Below are positions 25,381 to 42,721 of a stretch of 64,000 nucleotides of DNA, one piece after another (position 1 is the first letter of the stretch; every line of letters starts with the position of its first letter). Source of the stretch: Ptychomitrium polyphyllum (taxonomy: Eukaryota); contig OZ316775.1 of assembly GCA_973851085.1 (NCBI GenBank), forward strand, positions 14,570,001-14,634,000. The letters run 5' to 3'. The notes under the pieces were generated by a model. It searched no databases and was not told the DNA's origin. It was given only the letters and a program-made list of their open reading frames with translations. The translations under genes were made by a program, and so were the position numbers.

Positions 25381-28300
25381 GCTGACAAGTCATGAGGGCC
25401 TTTTTTGGTTCAAAATCTTATTTGTTCTGTGCAGCTTGCCACTGTGATCCTAATATTTGTGAGCTCTGGAAGCCACTTTGAAAGATTGACTGTCTTTTTT
25501 CCTGTGATGCAGTTCTGGAAACAGGACAAATTTTCCTCACAACAATGAATACCAAATGTGTCTGTGATGTGTATTCACCCCAAAATGTAGTAAAGGATGT
25601 AGATTATCATAAGCCCATGTAGAGATTTTCTTACAGACTCCATCTGTCTAAATTATGAACATGTGCAACATGCCATACTCAAAAGATTTGTTGATATCTT
25701 ATGATGACAGTGTCCAATACAGCAATGTATGACTGCCCTAATGATTCTTAAGTCACCATTCTATGGGTAGTTTACTGTATACTCTAGCTGTTTGTGAACA
25801 CAATCTTGGGGACAGCTAAATTTTTCCTCCTATCTTGCAATCTATCAATATATCAACATAGATGTCAAATGTCCATCTTCTGCCAGGCCACCAGCATTCT
25901 GGAGGCAAGTACATGGTTTAGTAACAAATTAGTACTTGACCAACAATCCTGACCAGAATAGTAGGCCTATCTATCCCCTACCAGCAAGGTCCATATCAAT
26001 TACTTCAAGTAACCTCACTGAGCTTACAGACAGCATTGCACCATTGCGGAACTCGAGCCAACCTAAAGAAATAACAACAAAATAAAATTCCTACTAGACA
26101 CCTGTTTATTTCTTAAACCATTCAATCTTCTGAAAGCAGTGGTAATACCAAAGTGCTCTAATATTAGATACAAGATTGAGACCAAAAAATCCCCTTTAAG
26201 TTATCAGGGAACACACAACTTGCTGAACAATAAGTCTGAAAGTTCCAGTAAATATCATTGTAACTGTTGTACTTTGTTTAGTTTGTACATTCTTAAAGGA
26301 CCAGTACTAGCCTGGGGTGACTGTGACTGGTGAGACAATGAGACTGGCCCAACTCTGAAAGTGAGAACTCAAACATTCTTATGAACGCTAGGCCTTTAAC
26401 AGACTTGTTTGGAAGCTTCTTGCTGGTACTTGCTGCAGCATACAATTTAGAAATTGCTTGGACGTTGCCAGATATTTCCAAGAAAAGACTTAGTGTTTGA
26501 ATTAGATGATCAACACTCAGCTTAGTAGTCACATTGATATATTCTTGGAGAAAAATTTGAAAAGGATTATTAGATGCTGCACTAAAACTACCCTGGTCTT
26601 AGGTTTGGACTTGGCATTACAATAATAGTAAGCCCATTAGAACAGGTCAACACTGGGAGGACAGTTTGTGTGATCAGAAGATTGTTCATATAATACAAGT
26701 TTGGAAGTTGGTTGAGCTAGGGAAATGAGCACTTGGATCATGGCCTCACAAGTGATTCAGAATCAGTTGTACACTAGAAGTGTGTGCTGGTGGGCATGGC
26801 AAGCCAGGATTCAACCATCATAATTAAGGTAGACCATGTCAAAGCTCTCAGCCTTTCTGCCCAGTTGAAAAATCTATGTGTGCCTTAACTCCAACAAGAC
26901 ACATGCTCAACCTAAAACTTAACAAAAGTCTGCTTTGCAAGGCACAGGCAATGCCCACACACTTCACTATCATTGGTTTACATCACCATATGGTAAGTCC
27001 ATGATGGCCACACTAAAAATGTTACACAAATTCATTCTGGGTTGTTGTATGGGACAAATCATTGGACGGCGTGTAACTTGTGCTGGTTTCTTGTTGGCTA
27101 ACAATGTTGTAGAAAATGTCTTTCTTACAAACACATTTGTGACAGACAAGCATCCTTTTCTTCAAACTTGAAAGTTTGATGTGCTAGAAGCTTATAAACT
27201 TATAACCTTGTACAGGCATCCTAGGGCACGATAAGGTCCTGTTTGCATTGAAGTACATTAGGAGACTAGTCAACTAGAGAAAATCTGTATTCTGTAGTTG
27301 GGTTAACACTGGTAAAAGATAGGGCATCTATGCTAGCAGGGAGATTTGTCACTACTATAAGCATTAGAAAATTGAACAAAATAAATGATCTTTATGTTGA
27401 CAGCCTTTACTTATGTTTTGTTACAATTACAACTCTCAGTACATTCTTCAACAAACAAACAATGCACTCCCACCTTGGAAAGTAGAAAGTAAGAATAAAT
27501 TATAGGAAGACCCTCCGATAATGAATGTATGCAAGGTATGAACCTCGGTCTTTAAATGTTGTGAACTTGAACCCCTGCAACTTCCTTGTAATTTTACCTC
27601 ATTTTTCAGTAAAAGTAAATTCGAATAAGGAAAATGCGCCGAAACTGACCACCTAACACTGGCCCACAGCACCACCAGAAACAGAACCTGCCCGAACTTC
27701 GAACTGACGTACCCAACTACTGACCTATTGCAAACGAAATGCCCTCCCCAACCAATCGTCACCGCGAATCGCAAAGCGATGACATCACCAACCAATCGCT
27801 ACCGCGAACTGCGAACCACATACCCCGCCACGTGCACCAACTGCCAGTCCGCACTAAATTCGCCCGCTGCCCTGCCCACCCAACCCCTTTTGGGGTCACC
27901 GCCTACACCACCACCTGCCGACTCCCGCTCCCACTGCCGGGCCCCGCATGGTCTAGACCACGCCTGGCCGGCCCGGTACCCCGACAGAACGTACACTACT
28001 ACGCCCTTCACGCATCCCAAGCTCCCCGTCCGTGAGTAGCGTGTGCGGTTCCGGTCCCATAGCGAATTACCGTCGTACCCCAAACCTGGTACAGAAAACT
28101 CTTCCAAAGGCACCGGACAGCCATCAGTGATACATCAAAACAAATAGGAACACGCCACGTACGAACATCCTCCACAAAAATGGTCTACTCAACCACGAAG
28201 CTGCCCCGCACCTATACGGCTCAAACGAAAAAGACAGTCTCCACCAGTCCAACGTGGAACTGCTCCGTCGGCCTCGCATCCCGCAGAATATGCCGCCCGG

Positions 28301-30279
28301 TATTCCGTTCGTTCTCCTGCACCATTGAGCACTCAAAACTCCAGAGCTTAGTCGCGCTCCACCCTGTATTAGCATGCGATTTGCACCCCCACGGCTGGAG
28401 TTGGCCATCCTCTGTGGCGCTCCCTCTCCATTTTAGGGTTGGAGTAAGTTACGGTTAGTACGTCCGACGCTGTATTGGACGTGAGGCGCATCTTTCGTCG
28501 TGGTTGTTTTCGCAGGCAAGTCTGCAGGGAATATCCTGGGTGCTGTTGCGGTTGCACTGGACTCCTAGGCCGGGTGTGGCGATGGCGTAAGTTGCGTGGA
28601 GAGTGGAGCGGAGGTGATGTGAGGTTGGGAACACTTGTGGGAAGTTGCCGCGGAGGGAGGGAGGACGGGAATGAATTTCCGACCAATTTAACGAAAGGGA
28701 GCGCATTTAGGGTTTGGAGGCGCCAGGGCGGAAGGTCGGAGTTGCAGTTGGAGGTGGAGCTTGCTGCGGAGAACAGGGATCTTGCTTTTCGTAGGCCTGT
28801 ATGTAACTTATGCCTGCAGTTAGTGTGTGTATGTTTTGGGGAGGATGAGAGGGCGGGGAGTTTTCCAGGGTTGAGTGGTGTCACATGTAGAGCTGTGGTT
28901 GTGATTCCCCGGAGGTTTCGTGGTGGAGGAGCAGGACGGGCTGGAATTCTGCATTAGGGCTTTTGGAGGGAGTGGTAGGAGGAGGAGATAGCGTTCCAGT
29001 GTTGTTTGTTTCAGATTTTTGTGGTTTTTGTCGAGGTAAGGTGACGAAGTAAAGCCGGCCGAGGTAGATGAGTGGGAGGGATTCATTCATGCGACGGGCG
29101 TTGAGTGAGTTGTCTTTCTTGTGGCGAGGTCTTTCTTCGGGGTAGAACTGAGGTGTGTTTTAGAATTTTTCCTGAAAGCTACTTTTTTCTTGGTTCGCTG
29201 GATGCTCGGTTGTGTTTGATATGGCGCTGCTGGAGGTGGCGTTGTTGCGAAGTTTCGTTGTGATATTGGGAGAAGAGTGTTTTGGTTGTGGACTTTTAAA
29301 TCGTCAGGTGCGGTCTTTTGCGGTGATCTTTGCGTCGAAGGTTTGGTGGTGGCAGGAAGCTTAGAGACTAAGATTTTGGAAGGTTGTGTGTTTTTGAAGT
29401 ATCGTGCTTTTTTTTTTCCTCTTGAGAGAACAACCGCTAAACTTCTTATTAGTAACAGTAGTGTGTCGCAGGGAATGGTTTGATCGTGCCAATATCGTAG
29501 CAAGGAATTTGCGGAATTAGGAATAATGACTTTGCTGGCTAATTAGCGTTTCGATTGGATTCTATGGTGGAGGAGGTTAGATCTGGCGTTTTTTTTTTGG
29601 TCAAGGTTGGGAAGTGGCAGAAGTTCCTTTCCTTTAGTTTCATCGGTATATTGAGGAGCTATGTCAGCGAGCCTTTCGCTTGGTTGAGAATTCTCTTTGT
29701 GGTTTTTTTAGTACTAGGGTTCCTGTCCAGCGAAGACCCTCTCCTATCTTTGTTCATGTGAGTATAAATTTAGGTCAACAACCTTAGTAGTATCTCGTAG
29801 AGTACGTGGTTGGCAATCTCTCGAAGGAATGTTTCGTAGTAGTAGGGGAAGTTTGTCGGTTTTTGAGAATGTTTTGAGCGTTTTCTATATTAAATCTTTA
29901 TATTAGTGGGATGGCTCTCGTGCTTCAAGGGTTGATATGCCGATAACGTGTAGTTTTTAGATGTTGATTGGCTAATTCTTTAGATCCTGCCAGTATTCTT
30001 AGTTCAGGAATGTGACTGCAGTCTTCTTTGTTTAGTCGGTTAGAGACCACTTCCTGACAAAGAAACCATAGGAGCTGCATGGTGATCCTGATTGTCGTTT
30101 CATGTCGACGTCTTTCTACTGTGAGGTAATCGTTCAAACTGCATATTTGACGAAGGGTCTTGTTCATGCAGGCACCTTGGAATCTCGTCTTTAACCGGTG
30201 AATCGAAAAGCTTACAGTAAATACTGACTCTTGGGTTGGCTAGACGGGCTCTTGAGATTTAGGGCACACTTATTAAATT

Positions 30280-35151
<4,872 letters not shown>

Positions 35152-36531
35152 ATAGTATACTGTTCAAGGGGTTCCAGTTTTCACAAAAATTCCTATTAGC
35201 TAACCAATTCTGGAGGAGCACTACTTTTGCAAGGGTTCTCGTGAGGTAGTTAACTGATCAATTCAAAGTGGACATGACTTTCCGGATTTGGGAGAGGGCA
35301 ACTTCGTAGGGACGTGGTTGGTCTGGGTGCTAATTCGGGTGCTTGACTACCACATTTGGTCCTCCTGCGGTTGCTAATTATTTCTCATTCCATTTTAGCA
35401 CCTGCTAGCAATAGCAGAAAGTAGTTGTATAAAGAGGACGAGGAGTCTAATTACATCAACTGAGGCTGTTGTGTTTAAGGAGTGCGCATTGAACGTGTCC
35501 ATTATTGACCTTTATTCATGGATATTTTCAAGATAATTAAGTTAGTTTATTTTGAATTCTAAAATTTGTTGCTGCCTTGGACGGTTGCAGCACAGTTGTG
35601 GACGACTCATTAATTTCATCCTGGACTCGCTCATTTTTTTACTACAAGATCTCCTTTCTTCCTGTTCCTGTTTATGTAATTTGAGGCGTTGCCTTTTTAT
35701 ATTGTGCTGATATACATGATCTTGAAGTCCTATCAGTTCGTGTATATTATATAGAAATGATCCCTTTGATACAGTTGACATTGACCATGTTTTTCTTGCA
35801 CTACAATTTTGCTTTGTATATGCAATGAGCATTAGTTGTAATTAACGTAGCTGATATGAGACCGACAGAATTTAATGCTTATTAGGGTTATTTGTAAGTT
35901 AATCTCCTCTTAAATGAAATTTTAGTCGTAATCTCACATCCTTCAAGCCATAAAGTTTCACCTAAGGTGTACGCATTAAAATATATATATCAAAGTAAAT
36001 AGATGGTATTCAATTATTCTAGCAATTTCTTTAAAATCATTGTAGATGAGGATTCAAAAACCAATATGTTGACTGTTATTTACATTCATTTTTTCAAGCG
36101 TCAAGAGCAACGTGCACGCCTTTCGCATTGTCTCTAAAATAGCACTGAGGCAATTTTAATATATACAAGGGTTGAATAGTTTTATATCCAAGTTTCATGA
36201 AACTCAGGTAGACTCTTTCAATTTTCATTAATGTAGAATAGCATTTTATGAATATTACTAATAAAGTATTACAATGACAACTGTTGCAATTTTTCTACTG
36301 CAGAAGGTTAACAGTTAAATCGAACCGACTGTACATTGCAAAAATTTCCATGCCAAGGCGATAACACCAAGAGAAACTCTGACAGCTCTTTTTATCATTA
36401 TTAGATCCAGAAACTGTGTAGTATACCTTACACAATATTGGAAATCATTGTTCACAGAAAAGGCAACTTTTATTTTTCACCAACACAAACTATTCTAAAA
36501 CTAAAACTGGAGACGCTCGAGCTATGGATCC

Positions 36532-39500
36532 TTACAACTTCGACATAGGAGGTGGGGCTTGAATCGTGATCTTATGCCAGGAATTATTCAGAACGCCCCT
36601 CAGATTCCAGATGTCGTCAACATCTGCAGGCTGGACATTTGCAGCCGTATCCACCTGCACACCGCATGATACCATCCACAAGTTCAATGGTCTACCAAAG
36701 TATAATTTTTTTGAGAAACAGCCATGGCTTCATCTGGCATCAAGCAAGAATTTGAGATACTCCTACCAAACATAAGTCCGAATTCTCCGCCTTCAAGAAA
36801 GATACTCCATCAGCTCACCAAAACTAGCTGTCATATAGTAAATTGCTTCACCAACTACAATTGGATTCTTTGCAACTATGTCTCTAAATATGAAGAAAGT
36901 GATAAGGAGTCACATACCGCTTTCACAATCACCGTGCATGGAGTCTCAACTTTGACATTCTTAAGTTCCCACAATGTCCACGCCCATTGAGGACGCTGGA
37001 CATCATCCTCATAACCAAGAGCGTCAACTTGTACCTTGGGTAGCCGACGTCCCTCCATCCAAGACTTTCCATTATCAACTGAAATATCTACCCGCTCGAT
37101 ACCACGACCACCTCCAGCCACAGCATAACCACGGAGGTCCACCTGTGAACAATTTTCCAGCTGAGATTATCTGATACTTCGATTATGGAAAGTCCACTAT
37201 GGACTATGGACATATCCCCTTGTCGTGGAACTACAGTCACAGCAAATAACTTTGGTAAGAGGAAACTATTTAATAAGAAAGACTTCAGCACAGCAGCTTC
37301 TTGCAAAAGAAAAGCTCTGGTCACTCACTGTATCTCCACACTTCACTACAACACCATCTTGTGGCTCACAAATGGCGCTCTGCATGTAAGGCAAACAAAT
37401 GTATGTTAAGCTCACAATAAGCCACTTTAAGATATTGCAATATGTTGAAAACCTTTGACATATTATTGTGAGGATGCTTTATCTATATAATTACAAGGCT
37501 CTGGCTTGCTTTAGTAGAGAACAAGAACCTATACCTGGACAGGAAAGTCCATCAATGAACGTCTTGATTGCCAGTCAATATTGTCCCAATCAACCCGTGG
37601 TGGAAACATCTTGTAGTCTTTCTGCTGGAAAAAACCCTGTCACAAAACACACAGATTGATTAGCATCCACACAACCGAATCCTAACATCAGTAGTTGTCT
37701 CGGTTGTCAAATTGCCTACTGAATAAATTCAAGCCACCCTTCTATTACATTAATGCACTGCCTTACTACAAACGACACATATACTTCTGTTCCTTACCTG
37801 ACACTCGATTTCGGAGACTAGAATCCTCTCGATCCATTTTACAGACCGCGCTCCAATAACTCCTGGGACTATAGCCCGCAGTGGATATCCATGGTCTCGA
37901 TTGAGCACCTGAAGCTTGCAATTGCAGACCATAATTAAGCAAAAATTCACAAATATCTGCATCAAACACTAAAACAAGGTCGGATAGAAGGCGAGGGATT
38001 AAATGAAAATATATTGAACGTCGTCTCACGTCAAGTGCTCGCACCTTTCCATTCATCTCATAAGCCAATAAAACTTCTGCTTCTGGATTCGTTGCATGCA
38101 ACAAGGGTATTGAAGCCTTATATGGTCCTCCATTCTCCTCCTGCACAGCAGAAAAAACCTACTCGTGACGCACATGATAACCAGCATCTAAATTCTCCAT
38201 AGTGTGCATATACCCTCAGAATCCGAAGATTGAAACCAGAGTATAAGGTACTCGCACAGCATCAATAGTCCACTCGAGATCGTCCTCTATAGAAGAGAAA
38301 TTATGTACCTGTCTACAAATAACGCTAGTTTCACAAGCTATATCTGCGCCTGGAGAAATAAAACTTCAGAAGCACCTCTACGAGCGTGCTTCCTGTCTTG
38401 GCTTGATAGTACTTGCCACGGGCAAGGAAAAACCTTTGCCAAAAGATTGAAGAGCTTTCGAAAAGAAACAAGACCACCAAAGCTGTAAATGCTCTGAATA
38501 CCTTACAAAAATCAACGCTCACGAACTCAACATGCCTTCCGATCCCAGTTGTGACATTTGAGTAGTGGTCTATGCCTGCAAGTTTGAGCACATCTGAAAG
38601 CTTTGCTCCTCCCCATGCAGCTGGTCACCACAATACGAAGATAAACCATCATCAAGATAGCTATAGAATGTTAGGCTACTATGTGGGAAATCACTAATAT
38701 CCAGCGACTTAAATGCAAAAATCGGGTCGTAAATTGAACGGAATAAAAGATAAATTAAAAAATAACTTTCGTGAGAGTCTACATCTCCTCTATTTGAAGC
38801 AAGTCAATGGAACATAAAGCTTCAAACCTGTACGAACAATGAATGTAGAACCAATGAATGGTATGCTCTAACTCTACATCAACTTAAGCATCTCGAGCAA
38901 GAACAAATCAGAGATGAAGGTTCTTGCTACAAAGACGACTAAAGAAAATCAGCATAGGTGACACATACCAGTGCCAATAGCTGCAGCTCCCCAGCCAACG
39001 CCCTTTATTTTCCGCCTTCTACTCATCTCAGTTCTACGATTTCCTGCACACTGCGTGTTCGTTGCATCATAACTCACATAGGAATCTCGTATAATCACCA
39101 AAAGCTTCCAGCAAACTATCTCACGTGACAAACTAAATCCTGTTAAAAGGAGACTTTCATAGTCGTCCTTAAAGTGCTTGATAATATTCATGGATCCTTC
39201 AAATAGGCTGTTTATGAAATATATATTTGTAGAAGCTTGTGTTGGAAAATAATCTAGAAAACAAATGTGCAGAGTCGTCAAACCTTACTTGCAAAGTTGC
39301 TACCACCGTATACTTTGGGAGTGACCTGTGGAAATTTGAACAAACCACAATGAATAGGTAATACCAATCAACTTTATTAATGTAAAAAAATATCAGAGAA
39401 GCTCTAGAAGAACCTGGCTTGCAAATTCAAGTTCCAAGTTTCAAATATACTTAAGCAGGCAAACCGTACTTACTTTAAGAAATCAAGCGAAAGTGAGAGG

Positions 39501-40763
39501 GGGTTTGGTACACATCCTGTCACTATCAGGTTGTATCTGCAAGAAAGAATGAATGTGTTGTCCTTAAATAAAAATCCAGAAAACCGAAGAGGACATCAGT
39601 ATATAATTTAAACAGACAATTGTTTCAGATGAAAGATATTACTCGGCTCAAAACACATGCATAGACTACAAATCCACAATATCGTACATGAGGACCATGT
39701 TACATAAAGGCCATATGTAGTTATAAAATTCAGAACAATATTAAAGTCGCAAAAAGAGGAAAATGTAAGGGGGGAAGGGGGGCTGTTGTACGTCGTAAGA
39801 TCGGGAAGGATGGGAATAGGTCCATGGTTTCGCTTATAAAACATGTTTTCGGCTGTCAAGTAGGAAGAACTAAGTACAGACACAGGAGGCTCTGCATTGA
39901 AAGGTTCCTGGAAACACACAAAGCACACACAGAGCAACGATGAACCAACAATGCATTCTGCATGAATTAAAAACAACAGTGGCGTAATTCAAACCTCAAG
40001 TAAGGAGGACATTAATACTACATATATCAATACTATAACCTCATCCTGGTTCTAGAAAACCATTGCATATCTACTTCTGACGCGGAACAAGTAGAATCTA
40101 AAGCCCCATAGTCTCAACAGCTCTAACATTCCGAGGATTCTACCAACTTGTCTCCTATCAGTTGCCATATCAGGACAACCTACACAGACGGCGGCAGTCC
40201 TAGCTCCCTGTGTCCAACGAACACAAATTCACCAAACGAAAGCTGCAAATTGGACCACTCCACCACAGAAAACGAGATAAGAACTCAACATGGAAAATCA
40301 CGAACTTCTCAGCTAATCCCCGCATCAAATGCAAAATCAAAAAGAAAAAAAGTGGGGGGGGTCACTCCCATTGTCTTCCTAACCAGCACTTCTCACCTAA
40401 TCCGAAAAAGGGAACTAATTCATCATAACTCTCAATCGCACTTCCTCAAAAAGACTAATCTCTCACCATCACCTCCGTGCTCCCTCCTCAACTAAACTTC
40501 ATCACATGGTGCTAAAAGTCGGAAAACGTCGGACGCCACGAAGCTAGATGATCTCCCCCGTCCTCGAACTCGACATGAACTCCATTCAACATTACGAAAC
40601 CGTTCAACATTACGAAACCGAGCAACCACGAGAATTCATCTACAAAAGTTTCCAGCACGACCTCGAGTAAACGCACCTGAGAATTGACGACGAACTCCTG
40701 ACTCCGGCTCGGCTCGTGGTCGTACGTGAGGAGGCCGTGCAATCGAAGCTGAGAAGGCTCCAT
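36532..40763 (-). CDS. SOX: Peroxisomal sulfite oxidase (Moco-dependent), 12 exons, ~403 aa
   Basis: Exons 40677-40763, 39792-39907, 39474-39536, 39289-39325, 38969-39050, 38502-38620, 38045-38140, 37798-37908, 37535-37636, 37329-37379, 36918-37142, 36532-36654 sum to 1212 nt in frame. Motifs: EPFNAEPP, FYKRNHGPIP, LQCAGNRR (Moco Cys), DHGYPLRAIVPGVIGARSVKW, GGGRGIERVD, C-terminal SKL (PTS1). Confidence 0.96.
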
Positions 40764-42494
40764 GGCGCAGCCGACGCGAGCCAGAGGTGGAGCGTCGTGC
40801 GAACCCTAGCATGCAGCAAGAAGGCGCTCACCCTCCGCAGCCGAGCAAGGGTTTGGTCTGCGAATGGCAACAGCGCGAGCTCAAAGCTGCTGCAACAAAA
40901 AACAAAGCAGCAAAAAACAGGCTTCACACGAATATCTCGCACACGTAGACGCTCTTCCCTAATCTATGTCATTCGTAGATATGGCGTGATGAAATTAGGA
41001 CTTTTTTAATTTTTACCAAAATTCGGCTCGAGCCGGATTGGTCGGACTAGGCTGTAGCATGAATGGGAACAAATCATTCCTCAACATTTTTGAGCTGATT
41101 TTCATGTCAGTATGTGGTGTTATCATCCAAGTGTGTGGTTTTTCATTTAGCTTTCGTGTTCTTAAAAAGAGTAGGAGTACTTGCGTCAAAAAAAGTGGCT
41201 AGTATTCTCTGGAATAACTTTTAAAATAATTTATTTGGCTTTGTTTTGACATTTGTTGATTATGATGGAGTTAGAACTTATTGGTGGTGTTGCAAGGGTT
41301 TGTTTATTGGAAATTTGAAGCATGAAAAGAGGTTTTGATAAAAAGTGATTTGCTTAAATGATAATCAATCATTTTTATTTTTGAAAGAGGAAAGATAAGA
41401 GAGGTGGTGGATTGCCAATGAATCTTTATATTTTCCATTTCTCAAAAGAATTTTTCTTCACTTATGGAAATGGAGAGATCTTTGGAGGATAAAAAATGTG
41501 AGATTCATTGAAAACTTGTCACTTCACTCATTTTGAAAAATGAATCTTTGAAATGTAATATGCCTTCATTTGAGTTATTAATTGATTTTAGAGGCTCTAA
41601 TGTAGACTTTTTATAAACATTGTTGATTATAGGTGAAATCATTTTTTTGATATGCATGTCCAAAACTATTGTTACACCTAGAATTAGCATCATTTAGAAT
41701 GCCACTATGTAATATATTTTAATAATTATTCTAAATATTACCTACCATCATCATAATGTTGTTTTTTGAAGGTACAAATTTTTCTTAAGAAATATGTCAT
41801 GAGTGAAGATTGAAAGAATTCTTAGACCAGGTCACCAAACTTTTTTTATATCTCTAAAGATTTAATATCATGAACCTTCATTGCTATTTATTATTTCCCA
41901 CTTTCCAACATAAAGGTGAGTTGCTTCAATTGCCAAAAAATGTTTTATACATTTGAGTCTTCCATGTATAATCTTCTTCTAATTCTGTATCAAACCACGT
42001 TCACTCCTTTACTACCACATATGCAATTACTTCACAACAATGGCCACGCATAAGTTTCTCATGTTCTGGATGAATGAAATCGTAACTTCATCCAGCAACA
42101 TTTCCTCACAATGATTCTTAAATGCAGGGCAATCTCCAGGAGTGGATCTCCAGCAGTGGTTCTAGAATTTTACGGTCCACTATAACTTCCCTCCCAGGGT
42201 ACGCAGATTACTTGGTGTAGTTGACAAAGGAGCACTGTACCGTGCACTGGATAGGGAGCATAGTCATCCTACTAGCCCTTGTGCCTCTTTGCATTGCAAA
42301 GAATTTACAATTCAATGATGGAGGATATTGAAAGACTTGTTAGTGGCCGTGAGTCATGGTTTCCATGAGATTGGAAGTACAAGGCAGAGTCTTCACCAAT
42401 TGCAAATATTAGTAAGTTAGATGTCATTCATAGGGTTTGACTGAACCAAGACAAGAGGCAATCCAAGTGACACAGTTCAGCGGGAGAATAATGT

Positions 42495-42721
42495 AGAGAT
42501 GAGTAGTTCCGGTAGCAACAACTACTACGTGCAGGAATGTACGTCATGAGGTCATTTTGAAAGGTTATTTTAGGGGCTATCATGTAGCCATGCGGTACGT
42601 GTGCTATTTTTGGGTTCCTGGACAATAGCGCATGTATTGTATGATTTCATATTTGCTCCTAAAATGACCTCACGAGGGACATTCTTGCACTAGTAGGTGC
42701 CTAGCTAAATTACTCATTTCT
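42495..42721. repeat. Long imperfect inverted repeat / foldback (~100-bp arms)
   Basis: Left arm 42495-42608 is complementary to right arm 42624-42721, e.g. GTGCAGGAATGTACGTCATGAGGTCATTTT vs AAAATGACCTCACGAGGGACATTCTTGCAC. Confidence 0.85.

Noticed and set aside
25900..27400. Possible transposase or gene remnants on the minus strand
   Set aside because: Only short stop-ridden frames with no diagnostic motif that I could identify.
27700..29500. Several 80-170 aa ORFs upstream of ECA
   Set aside because: No recognisable motifs. The composition fits promoter, 5'UTR and leader-intron sequence (donor ~29036, acceptor ~30171).
40585..40620. 18-bp tandem duplication TTCAACATTACGAAACCG x2
   Set aside because: Ordinary slippage-type duplication in sulfite oxidase intron 1.
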